DNA of 64,000 bases from Nemertoderma westbladi. Its lineage: Eukaryota > Animalia > Xenacoelomorpha. The DNA lies in contig JAUCBJ010007728.1 of assembly GCA_032718475.1 (NCBI GenBank), forward strand, positions 142,707-206,706, given 5' to 3'. Shown in pieces: positions 13,101 through 25,947 of this stretch. The translations under genes were made by a program, and so were the position numbers. Numbering within the stretch: position 1 is the first letter of the stretch; each line of letters begins with the position of its first letter. The notes beneath the pieces are model-generated. The model did no database searches and was not told the origin of the DNA. It was given only the letters and a program-made list of their open reading frames with translations.

Positions 13101-14698
13101 TCTTGTAGGAACGTCAGTTGGGCTTCCCAGTCCCTCCATCGCTCAGCTAACTTTTCTGGGATGGGGTCGTCCCATTCCAGTCCGGCTTGCCAAATGTTGC
13201 GGAGTATGATCCTAGCATGTAGGATCACTGGACTAATGAAACACAGTGGGTCATACAATCGACTCATGGTCGATAAGCAAGTCCTCTTAGTGAGAGGTCT
13301 AGTCTGGTCGTTGGACCTTACACGTACCCTAAAATTGTCGGTGTTAGGGTCCCAACTAAGTCCTAATACTTTGGTCGTCGGCAGAGGTTCTAAGTCTAAG
13401 TCCAAGTCACCTCCACTGCGATCCATCGGGTCAAATGAGTTCACCAGCTCGGGTTCGTTGGAAGCAAACTTCGTCAGGTGAAATCCGCCCTCAGCGAGAC
13501 AATCCTGGAGTTGGTGTGCTACGGTTGTAGCGTGCTCCAAGGTGTCACAACTCTTGAGGCCATCATCCACGTAGAAATCTCGTTCCACGGTCCGAACTAC
13601 TTCTGGCTCAAATTGGTCTCGTGTGTCTAATGCGGTCTGCTTTAATGCGTACATGGTGCAGTTGGGGCTGTCCCTGGCTCCGAATACTCTTACCTGCATT
13701 AGGTAAGTCTCTGGCGGAAGTTGTAAGTTTCCATCCGGATACCAAAGAAACCTCAAACTGTCCCTGTCCCGCTCCAAAGCCTTAACCTGGTGAAACATGG
13801 CCTCTACGTCACAGGTGAAAGCCACTTTGCGTTGTCTAAAACGCATTAGGACTCCCATGAGGTAATTGTTCATATTCGGCCCGTTCATCAGTTCGCTATT
13901 CATAGACATCCCTTGGTAAAGTGCAGCGCAGTCGTTGACTACACGCACCTTGCCAGGTTTGTCCGGGTGTCGAACAAAATGATGTGGCAGGTAATATGTC
14001 TGGTCTGTGGTTACCTCGGGATTTAACATCCTAATGGCGTATCCCTTTTGGAGATACGTCTGAAGTTGTGCATTGTATTGCATATGGGCCGTCTCGTCTC
14101 GCAACAATCGCTGCCTTATTGATTTGAGTCGCCTCAAAGCAAGCGGGTAATTGTTAACGAGCTTAGGTTGTCCATTGCGCCACAACATACCAACCTCATA
14201 GTGGCCATTCGCAGTCTGGCGAATGGTATCTCTCATAATATTTAATGACCGTTTTTCCTGTTCTGACATAGCGGTCTCGTAACCGGGTTCTGCTGAGTCC
14301 TGTTCCAACCATTGTATGGTCCGTTCAGTCAGCAGTCGGTCAAGCGCTGCTTGCACTGCGCCATGGTCCTCGTCCACGTCTTCGTCCGCTGCGGTGGCTA
14401 GTGTCAATGTGTCTGGTAGGCTCGCAAGCCTTCCGGTGTGACTAGTCGGCGTCGAATCGTCGTGCGGCTGTTTGACAACCTTTTGATCTGTCGGTAGGCT
14501 CGCAAGCCTTCCAAGATCAACGACCGGTGTCGAAGCCTGGTGGGTGGGGTCAATGACCTTCGGACTTTTCGGTAGTCTCGCAAGCCTTCCAAAATCCTCG
14601 TTCATCGAGTCATCCACGGCAACAACCCTTTGGTCTTCAGTAGTCAATACAACCTGGTCTACTGCATGTAGTTGTAAGTCAGAGGTCCGTGTGGTCAT
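10165..14698 (-). pseudogene. pol: pol of element A (RT, Pao-type RNase H, integrase), disrupted
   Basis: FYVDDG, HSFSDAS, CIIC, YCDQGTNF and GGVWERLI are present. A small deletion near 11070 removes the DCFG segment present in B (first integrase Asp) and shifts the frame. Confidence 0.92.
12030..12430 (-). repeat. 12-bp coding minisatellite (PDxS/PDxx repeats) between RNase H and integrase of A
   Basis: Repeated TCTGGTGA/CCAGAC units encode SPDY, SPDC and SPDV. A related tract lies in B at ~23620-23940. Confidence 0.85.
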
Positions 14699-14779
14699 GT
14701 CCAGATCGGTTACGTCAGTATCGGTGGCGTCTGCGTTAGTGACGCAAGTCTGTCGTAGTGCCGTCCATACAATTGGACA

Positions 14780-16374
14780 AGAATTTCAACTCATTTAAAT
14801 TGACCGCTACAAATTAATTGCATTTGTCTGTACCAATGAGACTGTAGTTATTTGATTGTAACCAATGTCGTGCAAGTTATATATTAGCTGGACCAATAGT
14901 TATCTTTAAAATCCTGTTAGAACCTATAGAACAATCGAGAATTTTCTCGATTGATTGCAGCACAAATTTGCTATATAAAGGTGCGATTTGTTCATTAGTT
15001 ATCAATCTTAATCTATCTCTCTATATTCAATTATTCTGAGTTATCTGATATTTGTTTATTCTGTTATTAGTATTCAGATTACATTTTGTATTATTATCTG
15101 CAATAAATTCAGAAATACCGCTATCTGCTTTTCTTTCACCATGATTCACTACGGTGAACAAACTTAAGAACAGGATGGCCGGCTAGAGATCGGGCCGCAG
15201 CAATGAACGGGAACATCAGGGGAATGTAGACAAGAGACAACCCGCAATACCATCTCAGTTATTCGCCCATCGCCTGAAAGGTTAGACAGCGTTCGACGCC
15301 TTGCTACCTAAGCGTAAGACCAAAGATCAAAAGGTAGAAGTAGTGACACGCTGTGAGCCTAAAATTACATCTTAGGGACTGTACTGTTTTAATTCAGGAA
15401 AACCACGGTAGACCTTCACATTCCTTTAACTCTTGCTAATCCCTTACTCATTAACTCTTGCTAAGTACAGGTGTGTGTGCGACTATTTGTAGTACGACAG
15501 TGTCCATTGCATTAGAACTTGTAGGCTAGGGGGGTTGCTGTGTTTTCACCTGAATTGGGATTGTACCATTCAGGCGGTAGGGCAGTTTACACTAGGCGCA
15601 AATAAATTGAGGCTATCAGGGATACTAACATCTACCGTGTCCCCGCCAACGCCCTAATAGGAAGTTACCCGGACTACCTGGGTGACTAAAATTCTAGATA
15701 GGAGCCAGGATAGCTATTAGTACCTGTACGCCTACAGTAGTAAACTAACACATCTCTTCTTAGTATCAGGGACCTGGTACCTAAAATTGCCGAATTCTGG
15801 GCGTAGCATTAACCCTATGCCTGAATTTGAGTCCTGGAAATACGCAAGAGGGGAAGGAACCTTATCATTCGTGAGTATTAGACCTACAAGTTACAAAATT
15901 AGAATATTCGTAAAATGCACACCGTACCCAGTAATTATATATGTGAAGGAGCAAAACTGTTTTGACCGTTCAGAATTAACACACGCGCGTTAGAAATTAT
16001 TTACACCTCAAAATATATAAAATTAACTTTGTCCGTACTGTGCTTTGCCCGCTAGTTAGACATCTCCAAATCTCTGCCTGTACCTAGCTAGCGTCTCTTC
16101 GCCCAACCATATAAATCACACCGCGGCAAAGTATACAAGCCCCTTAGTCCGTCAGTGAGTCAGCCTGATTTTAGGATTCGCTGCGCGGGATTTTGTTTTA
16201 TCGAAGTTTGTCTGCTCGTAGACTGTTTTCTGCCTCACCGGTTATAAGAGATCGATACTGCAATATATTCGCTTACTTAGAGTTTACTGTTTTGGTGAGA
16301 AGGTCGGATTTATGATTTGATTTACAAACTTTACAGTAGGATATTGCAGGTATTGTTACCGTCTCTTCCAATTA
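14780..16374 (+). repeat. 5' LTR segment of B (shared with 32344-34032)
   Basis: Near-identical direct repeat; the chance ORFs 15787-15993 and 33445-33651 differ at one residue. It starts abruptly at the junction with A. Confidence 0.9.
14833..14980 (+). promoter_or_regulatory. Putative LTR Pol II promoter (three CCAAT boxes and a TATA box)
   Basis: CCAAT near 14833, 14862 and 14893, TATATAAA at 14972, AATAAA near 15103. The same layout recurs in the 3' copy, and CCAAT plus TATA recur in A. Confidence 0.55.
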
Positions 16375-17184
16375 GTAGGAATATGTTTTACTGAACTACG
16401 GTTCGGTAGGACTAAAGTTATTTGAAAATTTTGTATTTTGAGGTAAAAATTTGTATTTGATTAGCTAAGTGCTAATTTTTTGAAATAAAATTTGATTTGA
16501 ATCGCGTGTAAAATATTTTTGGAATTGAATACCGGTGTTTAAAAGGGTTTAAATACCATATTGTACCGGTACAAAATTTTTCGTAAAAGTAAAACCTAAC
16601 TCTTTTGTTTTTTCAGGATTCAGAACTCATTTCTAGACTGTAACGGGAGCAAGACCGTGTTTAGCAAGTTTGGGAGATAGATAACTCAACAACTTTGGTT
16701 GAGAAAATCGTGTTTCGTCCGCAACGCTGAAAACGGAAAGGTTCACGTCCGGTTTGTATCTGGGAATCTGTTTTTCTGGAGAATTATTGGAGTGGGTGAG
16801 TTCGAAAAGTTGCATAAATAAGTTAGGCATTACCGTATTAGTTAAAATTATTGTGGGTTCCACTGTCTCAAGTATTTATGCATTCCGTATGATTTCTTTG
16901 TTCATTGCTGAATTAGTCCGTATTATTGTATTTAATTTACCTTTTGATAACGCATATCGTTATCCGATTTATTTGTTATAAAATTGGCCGTTAGGCTAAT
17001 TTTATTATATACTTATTCCGTGACATTTATTTGCTGTAAAATTGGCCGTTTAGGCTAATTTTATCCATCTGCTATAAAATCGGCCGGTAGGCTAATTTTA
17101 TAAGACTGTAATTAGTACCGTTTTATACAAATACGGTAAGTTCGATACTTTGACACTCACTTTACTTGACTTATAACTACCGAA

Positions 17185-20100
17185 ATGAGTGACAAACAAG
17201 ACTATACGAAAAATACACAAACCGACTATGACTCATGTGACGCGGATAAGTCAGCAGCGGAAGAACAACAGGGGAAGACTCGCGAGCCTACCGAACCTAC
17301 ACCGTGTGCGTCACCAGTACATCCAACGGGAGTACCGGATGCCGTAGTACGAGGCGACGGCAGGACCGAGGACTTTCTAACTGTTCCGCAACCTAGATAT
17401 AGGGAAACGGACATGGTAAGTTCAGCAGGAAGCACAGAAAGTGTGGTTAGAAGCGTCGGAGGTTACATGGCGCATATAACCAGGAGTATTGGAGAAGGCC
17501 AACGCATATTAGATGGGTTGACCGCTCCGATGTCTCGATTCGAGTTCTACACCCTCCAGGTTAGAGTACAGAGTAAAGTATATAAGTCCGTAGATAATCT
17601 AGTTGGCCTACAAGATCTAGCTAGACAGAGACAGGACATGGATACTCAACTTAGAATCCTCGAGAAACTAATGATCGCTAGAGAGAAACTGATTCAGTTT
17701 AAGTCGACGATTAGACACATACAACAGGAACAAGCGGACCAGTTGTTAGGTGAGTCAGTTTCGGACGAATTATTACAGCCCGAGGAAGAACAGGAACTGT
17801 ACCGACTGGATGGACAATTGAAACATCTAAAGGATCACTTACGTATGTGCGGCGAAGACGTCGGCGATTTGGAAACCATACCGGAATATACGAGGGACAC
17901 TTCACTCGTACGAATCGAATCGGCAACGGGAATATTGGATCAATCGTTGGTGAGTATTCGCAGCGAAATTGGCGAGGTGAGTATGGCTACGTCAGAAACT
18001 GCTCGACAACAGCAACTCTACAGACAACAACAGGAGATGGAGGAACAAGCTCAACTTCTAGTGATGCAGGCAGCAGCAGAAGAAGAGAAGCTACGCGTTG
18101 CGAATGTAGCGAGAATCTCTCATCTACAGGAACAAGCTGAATTAGAAGCAGCTGAAGTAGAAAGGTTAGAGGTAGACATTGCTCAACGAACAGCAGCGGC
18201 TGATTTAGCGCAACGAAACGCAGCGGCCGAACTAGAGCGACAAACGGCAGCGGCGGAATTAGAGCGACAAACGGCAGCAGCGGAATTAGAACGAGAACGG
18301 TTAGTTTCAGAAGCGCGGGCCGAAATGAAAACACGGCAAATAAAAGCTCAATCCGCTATACGACAAGCGGAGTTTGAGGCGCAACGACAACAAACGGAAC
18401 AAAGAGAGAAGACAGCTAAACTTCGTTTCGAACTCGAGAAGAAGGCGAGAGAATTAGCCAACGCCAAGGAAGATCTGGATCTACAAGCCCGTGATCGATC
18501 GATGAGATCTCGTGACGGACATGATTTGGACCAGTTGGAGGTAAGACATCGCCAAATTCAGTAACGAAAGAAGGAAGGAAGCGTAGGAGCACCCGGACGG
18601 GAACGACAATTAGTAAAGGACTTGTGTCAACGATTCCCACAGGTAACTCATATGTTTGCACCGGTTACGACTAAGGAACCTGTTTCGATTGCTGGTAGCG
18701 GTGATATCTCTCCTATCCATGGTGTGACGGAACACAGGTTTGTTATTCCGGACAAGTTTACACCGCCAAGAGCAACGTCGTCGCCTATTCCGAAAGTCAA
18801 GGTAAGTAACCCGCCGATTACGGATCGTAGTAGTTTATTGACCGGACCTGCACTACTGACGACTAAACAGGTGAGTCCACCTTTGACGCCTAAACCCGTT
18901 ACACACTACGCTTACCCAATGACGTTTCGACCTACAAGGCCAGTTGATTCAAATGCTGTCATTCGCCCACCGGTTCAGTTTACATCGCAATCTACGACTT
19001 CGAGGAAGACTTGTGAGCCTACCGAACAACGGAGAACAGTGGATACGCGACCGTTCAACCAATTTACATCGCAATCTACGACTTCGAGGAAGACTTGTGA
19101 GCCTACCGAACAACGGAGATCAGTGGACGATGTTCCGAAACGGAATGTTAGAATTCGTACGACGCAACGGACGCGAGCACGTCGACCACCATATCCAGAT
19201 GATAGTAGTACTTCGAGCGAATCGGATTACCCGAAACGCGAGGTATTTAGAACAGGGGCGGCCGATGAATATAAACGCGAGCGTTCAGACAACTCCTTTG
19301 CAGACAATCCTCCACAGAATACACCAACACAGAAGGCGTTACAACCAACGGACGCAATTAGTACACAACAGTTCGCCGACATTCTGCGACCAGTTGTCAA
19401 TAAGTTGGCTCAGATCGAGGAACGTCTGGAGGAAGGTTACACCGACAGTTCGAGAAATTCCGAATTCGAACACAATAGACACCCGAAGGAACCACAAAGA
19501 CCGGTACCTTCAAAACATACATCGTATCAGGGAAAAGCGCCAAGAAGGGAGAACATCAACCTGGTTACCAACCAAGGACGCGAAACTCTGAACGTTGCCG
19601 AGGAGATAGCGAAATTCGCAGCCAGACAGGGATTGCCGGTACAACAACCACCGAAGTTTTCCGGTAGCTCAAAACACTGGCATACTTTCGTAGACTATAT
19701 CGAATCCCAGATCGCCGTGTGCGCCTTTACATCACGGGAGAAGTTCAATTACCTGCTCCAAACGTTGTCAGGAGAACCTAAACGTTTGGCGGAGACTTTC
19801 GTCAGTGTACCGGACGCTTTCGAACTAGCGTACGATCGTTTAACTTCGATATACGGAGGTACAGTTAGTATGGCCAGGTCAGTAATAGAGGAACTCTGTA
19901 AGGGAGGGGCTATCACTAAACCCGTCGACTTATTAAAACTGGCCGACGAGATAAAAAACGCTATCACTACTTTAAGATCCATTGGACAACTTGATTACGG
20001 GAATACCCCTACAGTCCTATTAAAGATCATAGGACGACTCCACCATCGACTTCGTCGGGAGTGGAGAAAGGTCGAATACCAGCGAGAAGAGCGGGGAGGA

Positions 20101-23100
20101 TTCTTAAAATTAGAAGATGTGTACCTTTTAATATCCAGGGAGGCAGTAGTAGAAACTCGATCTAACTACACTGACCAGCACATCGTGGCAGAAGGGATCA
20201 CCTTGCCATCCTCCAACCGACAAAAACCCCAGACAACATCCACTAAGACGGCCACTTACACCACACCGACGGAATCACGACAATTCTCGGACGGTAGTAG
20301 GGTATCTGCGCCCATTGGGACAAAACAGACGAGACAACAACTCGGTACCGACTTCAGCGGCTGCCAATACTGCGAGCATCTAGGCAAGCGGTATATCGGT
20401 CACAAGTTGAGGGGTTGTCGACAATTTCGCGAGTTGAACTCGGAAGAACGACGGCTGCAAATACGGCCATTGGACTCTTGTTGGCGGTGTACGCGACACG
20501 GACACGTCCGTAAAGATTGCCCAAATACCGACACTTGTCCATCCTGTGGACGCAACCACGACGGTCTGCTCCACACAGACAGCCACACGCCGACAAAACG
20601 CTTCGCCAGGGAACACCCGGAAGCAGCAGCGAGATGTGATGCGGCCTACCGAAAACGAGAATCGAAAACGACTCCAACCTTCGTGACCCATATTGAGGAT
20701 TGCTTCTCAGAACAATCCGGATCGTCGGACGAAGAGTTAGAAGACGACGACGAATATTCCAATGGAGACGAACAACCGTCGATCGCGCTTCTGACTACTG
20801 ACCAACTGAAGGGATTCAGTGTAATTCCGATTAAGATTACTGGCACAAAGGGGAGCAAAAGAATCTACGCGATTCTAGATTCAGCCTCATCTCATAGCTA
20901 CGTGGATGAAAAGATAGCTGACGTAGTGACGGATCTTAAACAAGGTAAGCGCGTCAGTTATACCGTAAGTAGTATGCACGGACAGCGTGCAATACCAGTG
21001 ACACGAGTTAAGTTGGACTTAGACTCTCTTCTTCCAAAATCGCAACACAGCGAGAGGGAGAGGTCTTTGTTACCCTTTAAAGATCTAACCTTTGCGGCCA
21101 CGAAGGACTTTAGTAACCTACTAGGTCCAGTGCCGGAACAATCTCTAGAGGACCGTAAGTATTTCAGACACCTTGGTGTACCCGAATGTCCTGTCAATTA
21201 TAGATCGGTAGCAATGCTGATCGGGACGGACCAATTCAACCTACATCAGGTGTGGGAAACCAGACCATCGGCAGTCGTAGCGGGAAACGCATACGCCTGC
21301 AGAACGCCGATAGGGTGGTATACTCGAGCGCCTGTGCGCACACTAGACGTAAGTGACGAGGAAGACGATGTACAGAGTACATGTAGTTTATTAACTACAA
21401 ATTCAATTCATTCCTTTTCACACGACGTGAACCATACTACACTACAGTCGACAAAACATGACAGACGTGTAACTAGTATGATAAGTCACAAGGAGCAGCT
21501 AACCCACCAGGTGAGTTTAGAACTTGGGGAGAAGACGAGTCAGCTAGAGACTCCATCGACGACAGATGATAGGCTTGCGAGTCTACCTACCCCAATAACT
21601 TCAACAATGCCCGTCGAGATCGACGATGACGCGTTGAGAAATCATCAGTTGGAACAAGCTGTACTAGACAAAGAATTAACGGAGAAGACTATCAGGTGGT
21701 TAGAACAAGATACAGCTGAACCTGGTAGCTACGAACCTTGTATGTCGGAACAGGAGAAACAATCTCTGAAGATCATGGAAGATACTATCCGCCAGACGAA
21801 AGACGGACATTATGAGGTAGGGATGTTATGGCGTAGCCAAAGTCCTAAACTTATAAACAACTATCCACTAGCCTTGAGACGTCTACACTCAATACGGCAA
21901 CGTCTATTAAAGGACGAGAAAGCCCATCTGCAGTACAACACTCAGATGGAGACGTATTTGACAAAAGGATACGCTATCCGAATGACTAACCCGGAAATAG
22001 TGACTGACCAAACCTATTACTTGCCACATCACTATGTGAGACACCCCGACAAACCAGATAAAGTACGCGTAGTCAATGACTGTGCGGCTCTGTTTGAGGG
22101 AATGTCCCTCAATAGTGAGTTGATGGATGGACCAAACATGAATAATTATCTTATGGGGGTGATTATGCGCTTCCGTCAGCGTCAAGTAGCTTTTACTTGT
22201 GACGTTGAAGCGATGTTTCACCAAGTGAGAGCGTTAGAGCGAGACAGAGACAGTTTGCGGTTCCTCTGGTACCCGGAAGGAGACTTAAGTCTACCACCGG
22301 CGACTTACCAAATGCAAGTTCGCGTTTTCGGTGCCAGAGACAGCCCAAATTGCACGATGTACGCCCTAAAGCAGGCCGCTAGAGATCAGAAACATCTATA
22401 TGACCCAGAGATAATTAGGATTGTGGAGCGTGACTTTTATGTAGATGACGGTTTACAGAGTTGCGACACAGTAGAACGTGCTACAACAGTAGCACATCAA
22501 TTACGGGACTGCTTAGCGGGCGGAGGTTTTAACCTCACCAAATTCGCCTCAAACAGTGCCGAATTAGTAGACTCATTCGGGACGACTGAGCGTGGTGGTG
22601 GTGACATAGACCTAGAGTTCGAACCACTACCGACGACTAAGGTGTTGGAGCTCTTTTGGGACCCAAACACAGACAACTTTCGAGTGAAAGTGAGACTGGA
22701 CAGTCAAGAGAACACACTGACAAAGAGATCATGCTTGTCAAAATTGAGCCGATTGTTCGATCCGTTAGGATTCATCAGTCCAGTGATACTGCAAGCCCGC
22801 ATTTATATGCGCAGTATATGGAAGGATGGACTAACATGGGACGAGCCGATCTCATCAGACCAAGTGGACTTATGGAAGACCTGGGAGGCGGAATTATCTT
22901 CGCTAGAGGATTATTCCATACCCAGGGTTTACTTTCCATTACAAAGTACATTTCCTGACAACTTGGAACTACACTGTTTTTCTGACGCCAGTGACAACGG
23001 TTTTGGTGTGGCAGCGTACTTGCGCAGACAAGTAGAATCAGACGAGTTCGATGTTTCGCTCATTACTTCTAAGGCTAAGACCATGCCTACTAAGTATATG

Positions 23101-25844
23101 ACGACACCACGAGCCGAGCTACAAGCCGCAACCCTGTCAACCACCATCGTGAACCTCATACAGACAGAACTACAGTCGAGTTTACAGATATTTTATTGGA
23201 CTGACGCGACGTTGGTTTTATTTTACATAAACAACGACACACTCGAATTCAAGACATTCGTAGCTAACCGTCGCGCGGAAATTCTAGACCGTTCAATAAA
23301 AGAGGATTGGCGACATTGTCCCGGACCACAAAACCCAGCTGATATTGCGTCGCGAGGAATGATGCCTGAGGAATTCTGTAAACCGGAGAACAAAGAATTT
23401 TGGCAACACGGACCCCAATTCTTGCAGAAATCGACACAAGATTGGCCTCCGTTATACGACAACAAATCTAACACTATCCCTAAGGACGCCGAAATCAAGA
23501 AACCAAAAAAGGGGAAGACAAAGAAAAAGACGACGGCGGCAAAACTCAAGAAAAAACCGAAGGCGAAATGGAAAGATATAACTTCAAAGGTCAAGAGAGG
23601 AAGACTTGCGAGCCTTTCTACACCAGACATATCGCCAGACGGTCAACCAGACACGTTACTAGACGGTCAACCAGACGTTTTGCCAGACATATCACAAAAT
23701 GTTCTACCAGACACTAGTGACATACTGACAAACAGTAAAGCCGCAGTTTCCCTATTGGAGCGGCCTTCTATTGACAAACAACCAGATACGTTACCAGACG
23801 TATCGCCAGACACATTACTAGACAGTCGACTAGACATTTTGTCAGAAACATCACAAAATGTTCTACCGGACATTAGTAATGTATTGACTAACAATAAAGC
23901 CGCAGTTTCCCTATTGGAGCGGCCTTGTATTGACAAACTACCAAATTTGACACACTTGAGCAACCATAAGCACGGTGAAACCTCATGTATTACAGATGTG
24001 GGTAGTACCTACGCTAATGTAAATACAGGTGTTACTCTGCGCTCAAGAGACATACCGAACTTGCAACCTATGGTGAAACCTGGGATTAATATCGGCAGAA
24101 AAATAAGTTTACCGAAAGCCACTGATCCCACAGAGTTCAAACCACCATTAACGATCGACTTACAAAGTACCGACAATCAAGGTAAGAAGACAAAGAAGGA
24201 CAAATTACTTGTAGACCCGGACGGATCAACAGTCAACAAGGGATTACCTACCGGCGGACCCGTGGGCCCTTCTAGTAATTCAAAACCTTCCAAAATCTCC
24301 ATTGACTTACCTGATGACGTCACAAATACTTACGTCGACCGTATTGTAAACCTAACAGATTCTTGGACAAACGCTTGCCGAAAATTAGCGTGGATTGTAC
24401 GTTTTGTACAATACGTTAAAGGCAAACGTGACTTTACACGTCGACTTACATTGGCTGAGATTGACAGGTGTGAGATTAAATTAATTCGCCATTATCAACT
24501 GCGATATTTCGCGCGCGAATTCACATCCATAAATCAAGGTCAACCAATCAAGTCGTCACCAATACTGAGTTGGAGTCCGATTATTTATAATGGCTTGATT
24601 TGTCATAAATCTCGGCTTCAAAACATTGACTTTAACACAAACTTTAGGTACCCAATAATAATACCGCAACATCACGAACTACAACGTGCAATGATACTGG
24701 ACGCACATTTACATCTGAAACACGCTGGAAGACACCACTGTCTTTCCTACTTACGTACTAGATTTGTATTAATTAGACCCAGTAAAGCATTAAGTTCAGT
24801 GACACGTACGTGTATTATTTGTAAAAAGGTACATTCTTGAATAGGTACCCAAGAAATGAGTGAACTACCACAAGCACGACTTCAAGCATTCAGACCACCT
24901 TTTACAGAGACTGGAATTGATTGCTTTGGTCCCATACATACGAAACGTGGACGTATACTAGTAAAACGCTGGGGACTGATTTTCACATGTATGTCCAGTA
25001 GGGCAGTTCATAATGAACGTGTGATGGATCTTTCCACCAACGCGTTTATACTAGCATTGCGGCGATTTATCGCTAGACGCGGACTAGTGAAATGCTTGTA
25101 CTCAGACCAAGGGACAAACTTTGTTGGTGTTCGGAATGAGATTGCTAGAGCCTTTAAGAAATTAGATCATGATCAAATCTCGAACGAACTACAACCTCAT
25201 AAGATTGTTTGGAAGTTTAATCCTCCAGATAGTCCATGGAGAGGCGGAGTCTGGGAGAGATTGATTAGATCTATCAAGACAGCCATGGCAAAAGTCATTC
25301 CAGTAAACCACATACTGACAGACGACCAACTGACAACACTGTTTGTTGAAATCGAGGCAATACTAAATACTAGACCAATAGTATTAGTACCCGATGACAA
25401 ACAATCTCAATTCGCTTTGACACCGGCACACCTGCTAATGCAGGCACCGACACCACTTTGACGCCGATTTCTATTCCAATAGAAAGCGACAGCTACGGTA
25501 GAAAAGCGTGGAAAATCACGCAACTACTGGCTAACAAATTCTGGGAAATATGGCAAAACCATTATTTGCCCTCTATTTCTGCCAGAACAAACTGGTACAA
25601 TAACACCCGCGCATTAAAGCCGGGAGATCACGTGCTGTTAGCGGAAGTGAATCTAAAAAGACGCTTCTGGATAACAGGTGTAATTTTAGCCACACATCCA
25701 TCCATGGATGGAGTGACAAGAACTGTGACGGTACGGACAATTGACGGTCGTACAGTAGACAGACCGACTCAACGTCTCGTACTTCTTGAAGAGACTCGTA
25801 ACGAGTCTGGAGACTACAAATCTCCACCTAATACTAGTAAATAA
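17185..25844 (+). pseudogene. gag-pol: gag-pol of element B (~2880 aa reconstructed): coiled-coil N-terminus, Pao gag, zinc knuckles, protease, RT, RNase H, integrase
   Basis: PKFSG..W..F..EKFNYL, CWRCTRHGHVRKDC, ILDSAS, FYVDDG, FSDAS, H..H..CIIC, IDCFGP, SDQGTNF and GGVWER. Lesions are in-frame stops at 18562-18564 and 24838-24840 and a frameshift near 25455. Confidence 0.93.
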
Positions 25845-25947
25845 TTAGGAGTTTACAAATAGATTTCCACGTACCTGTACACCGTAGTAAGGACAGCGGT
25901 AGAATTCCATTGTCTTTATATGTGAACATTGAGGGTAGTACCCTTAT

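Larger units (their letters stand above)
3147..14779 (-). mobile_element. BEL/Pao LTR retrotransposon A (5'-truncated: no 5' LTR, gag or protease)
   Basis: Pao-type RT-RNase H-integrase, then an extra ORF3 and a long terminal region ending ...GGACCTTACA at the satellite. It is colinear with and homologous to element B. Confidence 0.9.

Noticed and set aside
11085-13481. Short antisense or overlapping ORFs across pol, gag and ORF3
   Set aside because: Shadows of the main ORFs and low-complexity repeats, with no independent motifs.
16375-17184. PBS and exact LTR end for B (and for C)
   Set aside because: Several TGG candidates (e.g. ~16696, ~16984), but none could be tied confidently to a tRNA 3' end or a CA terminus.
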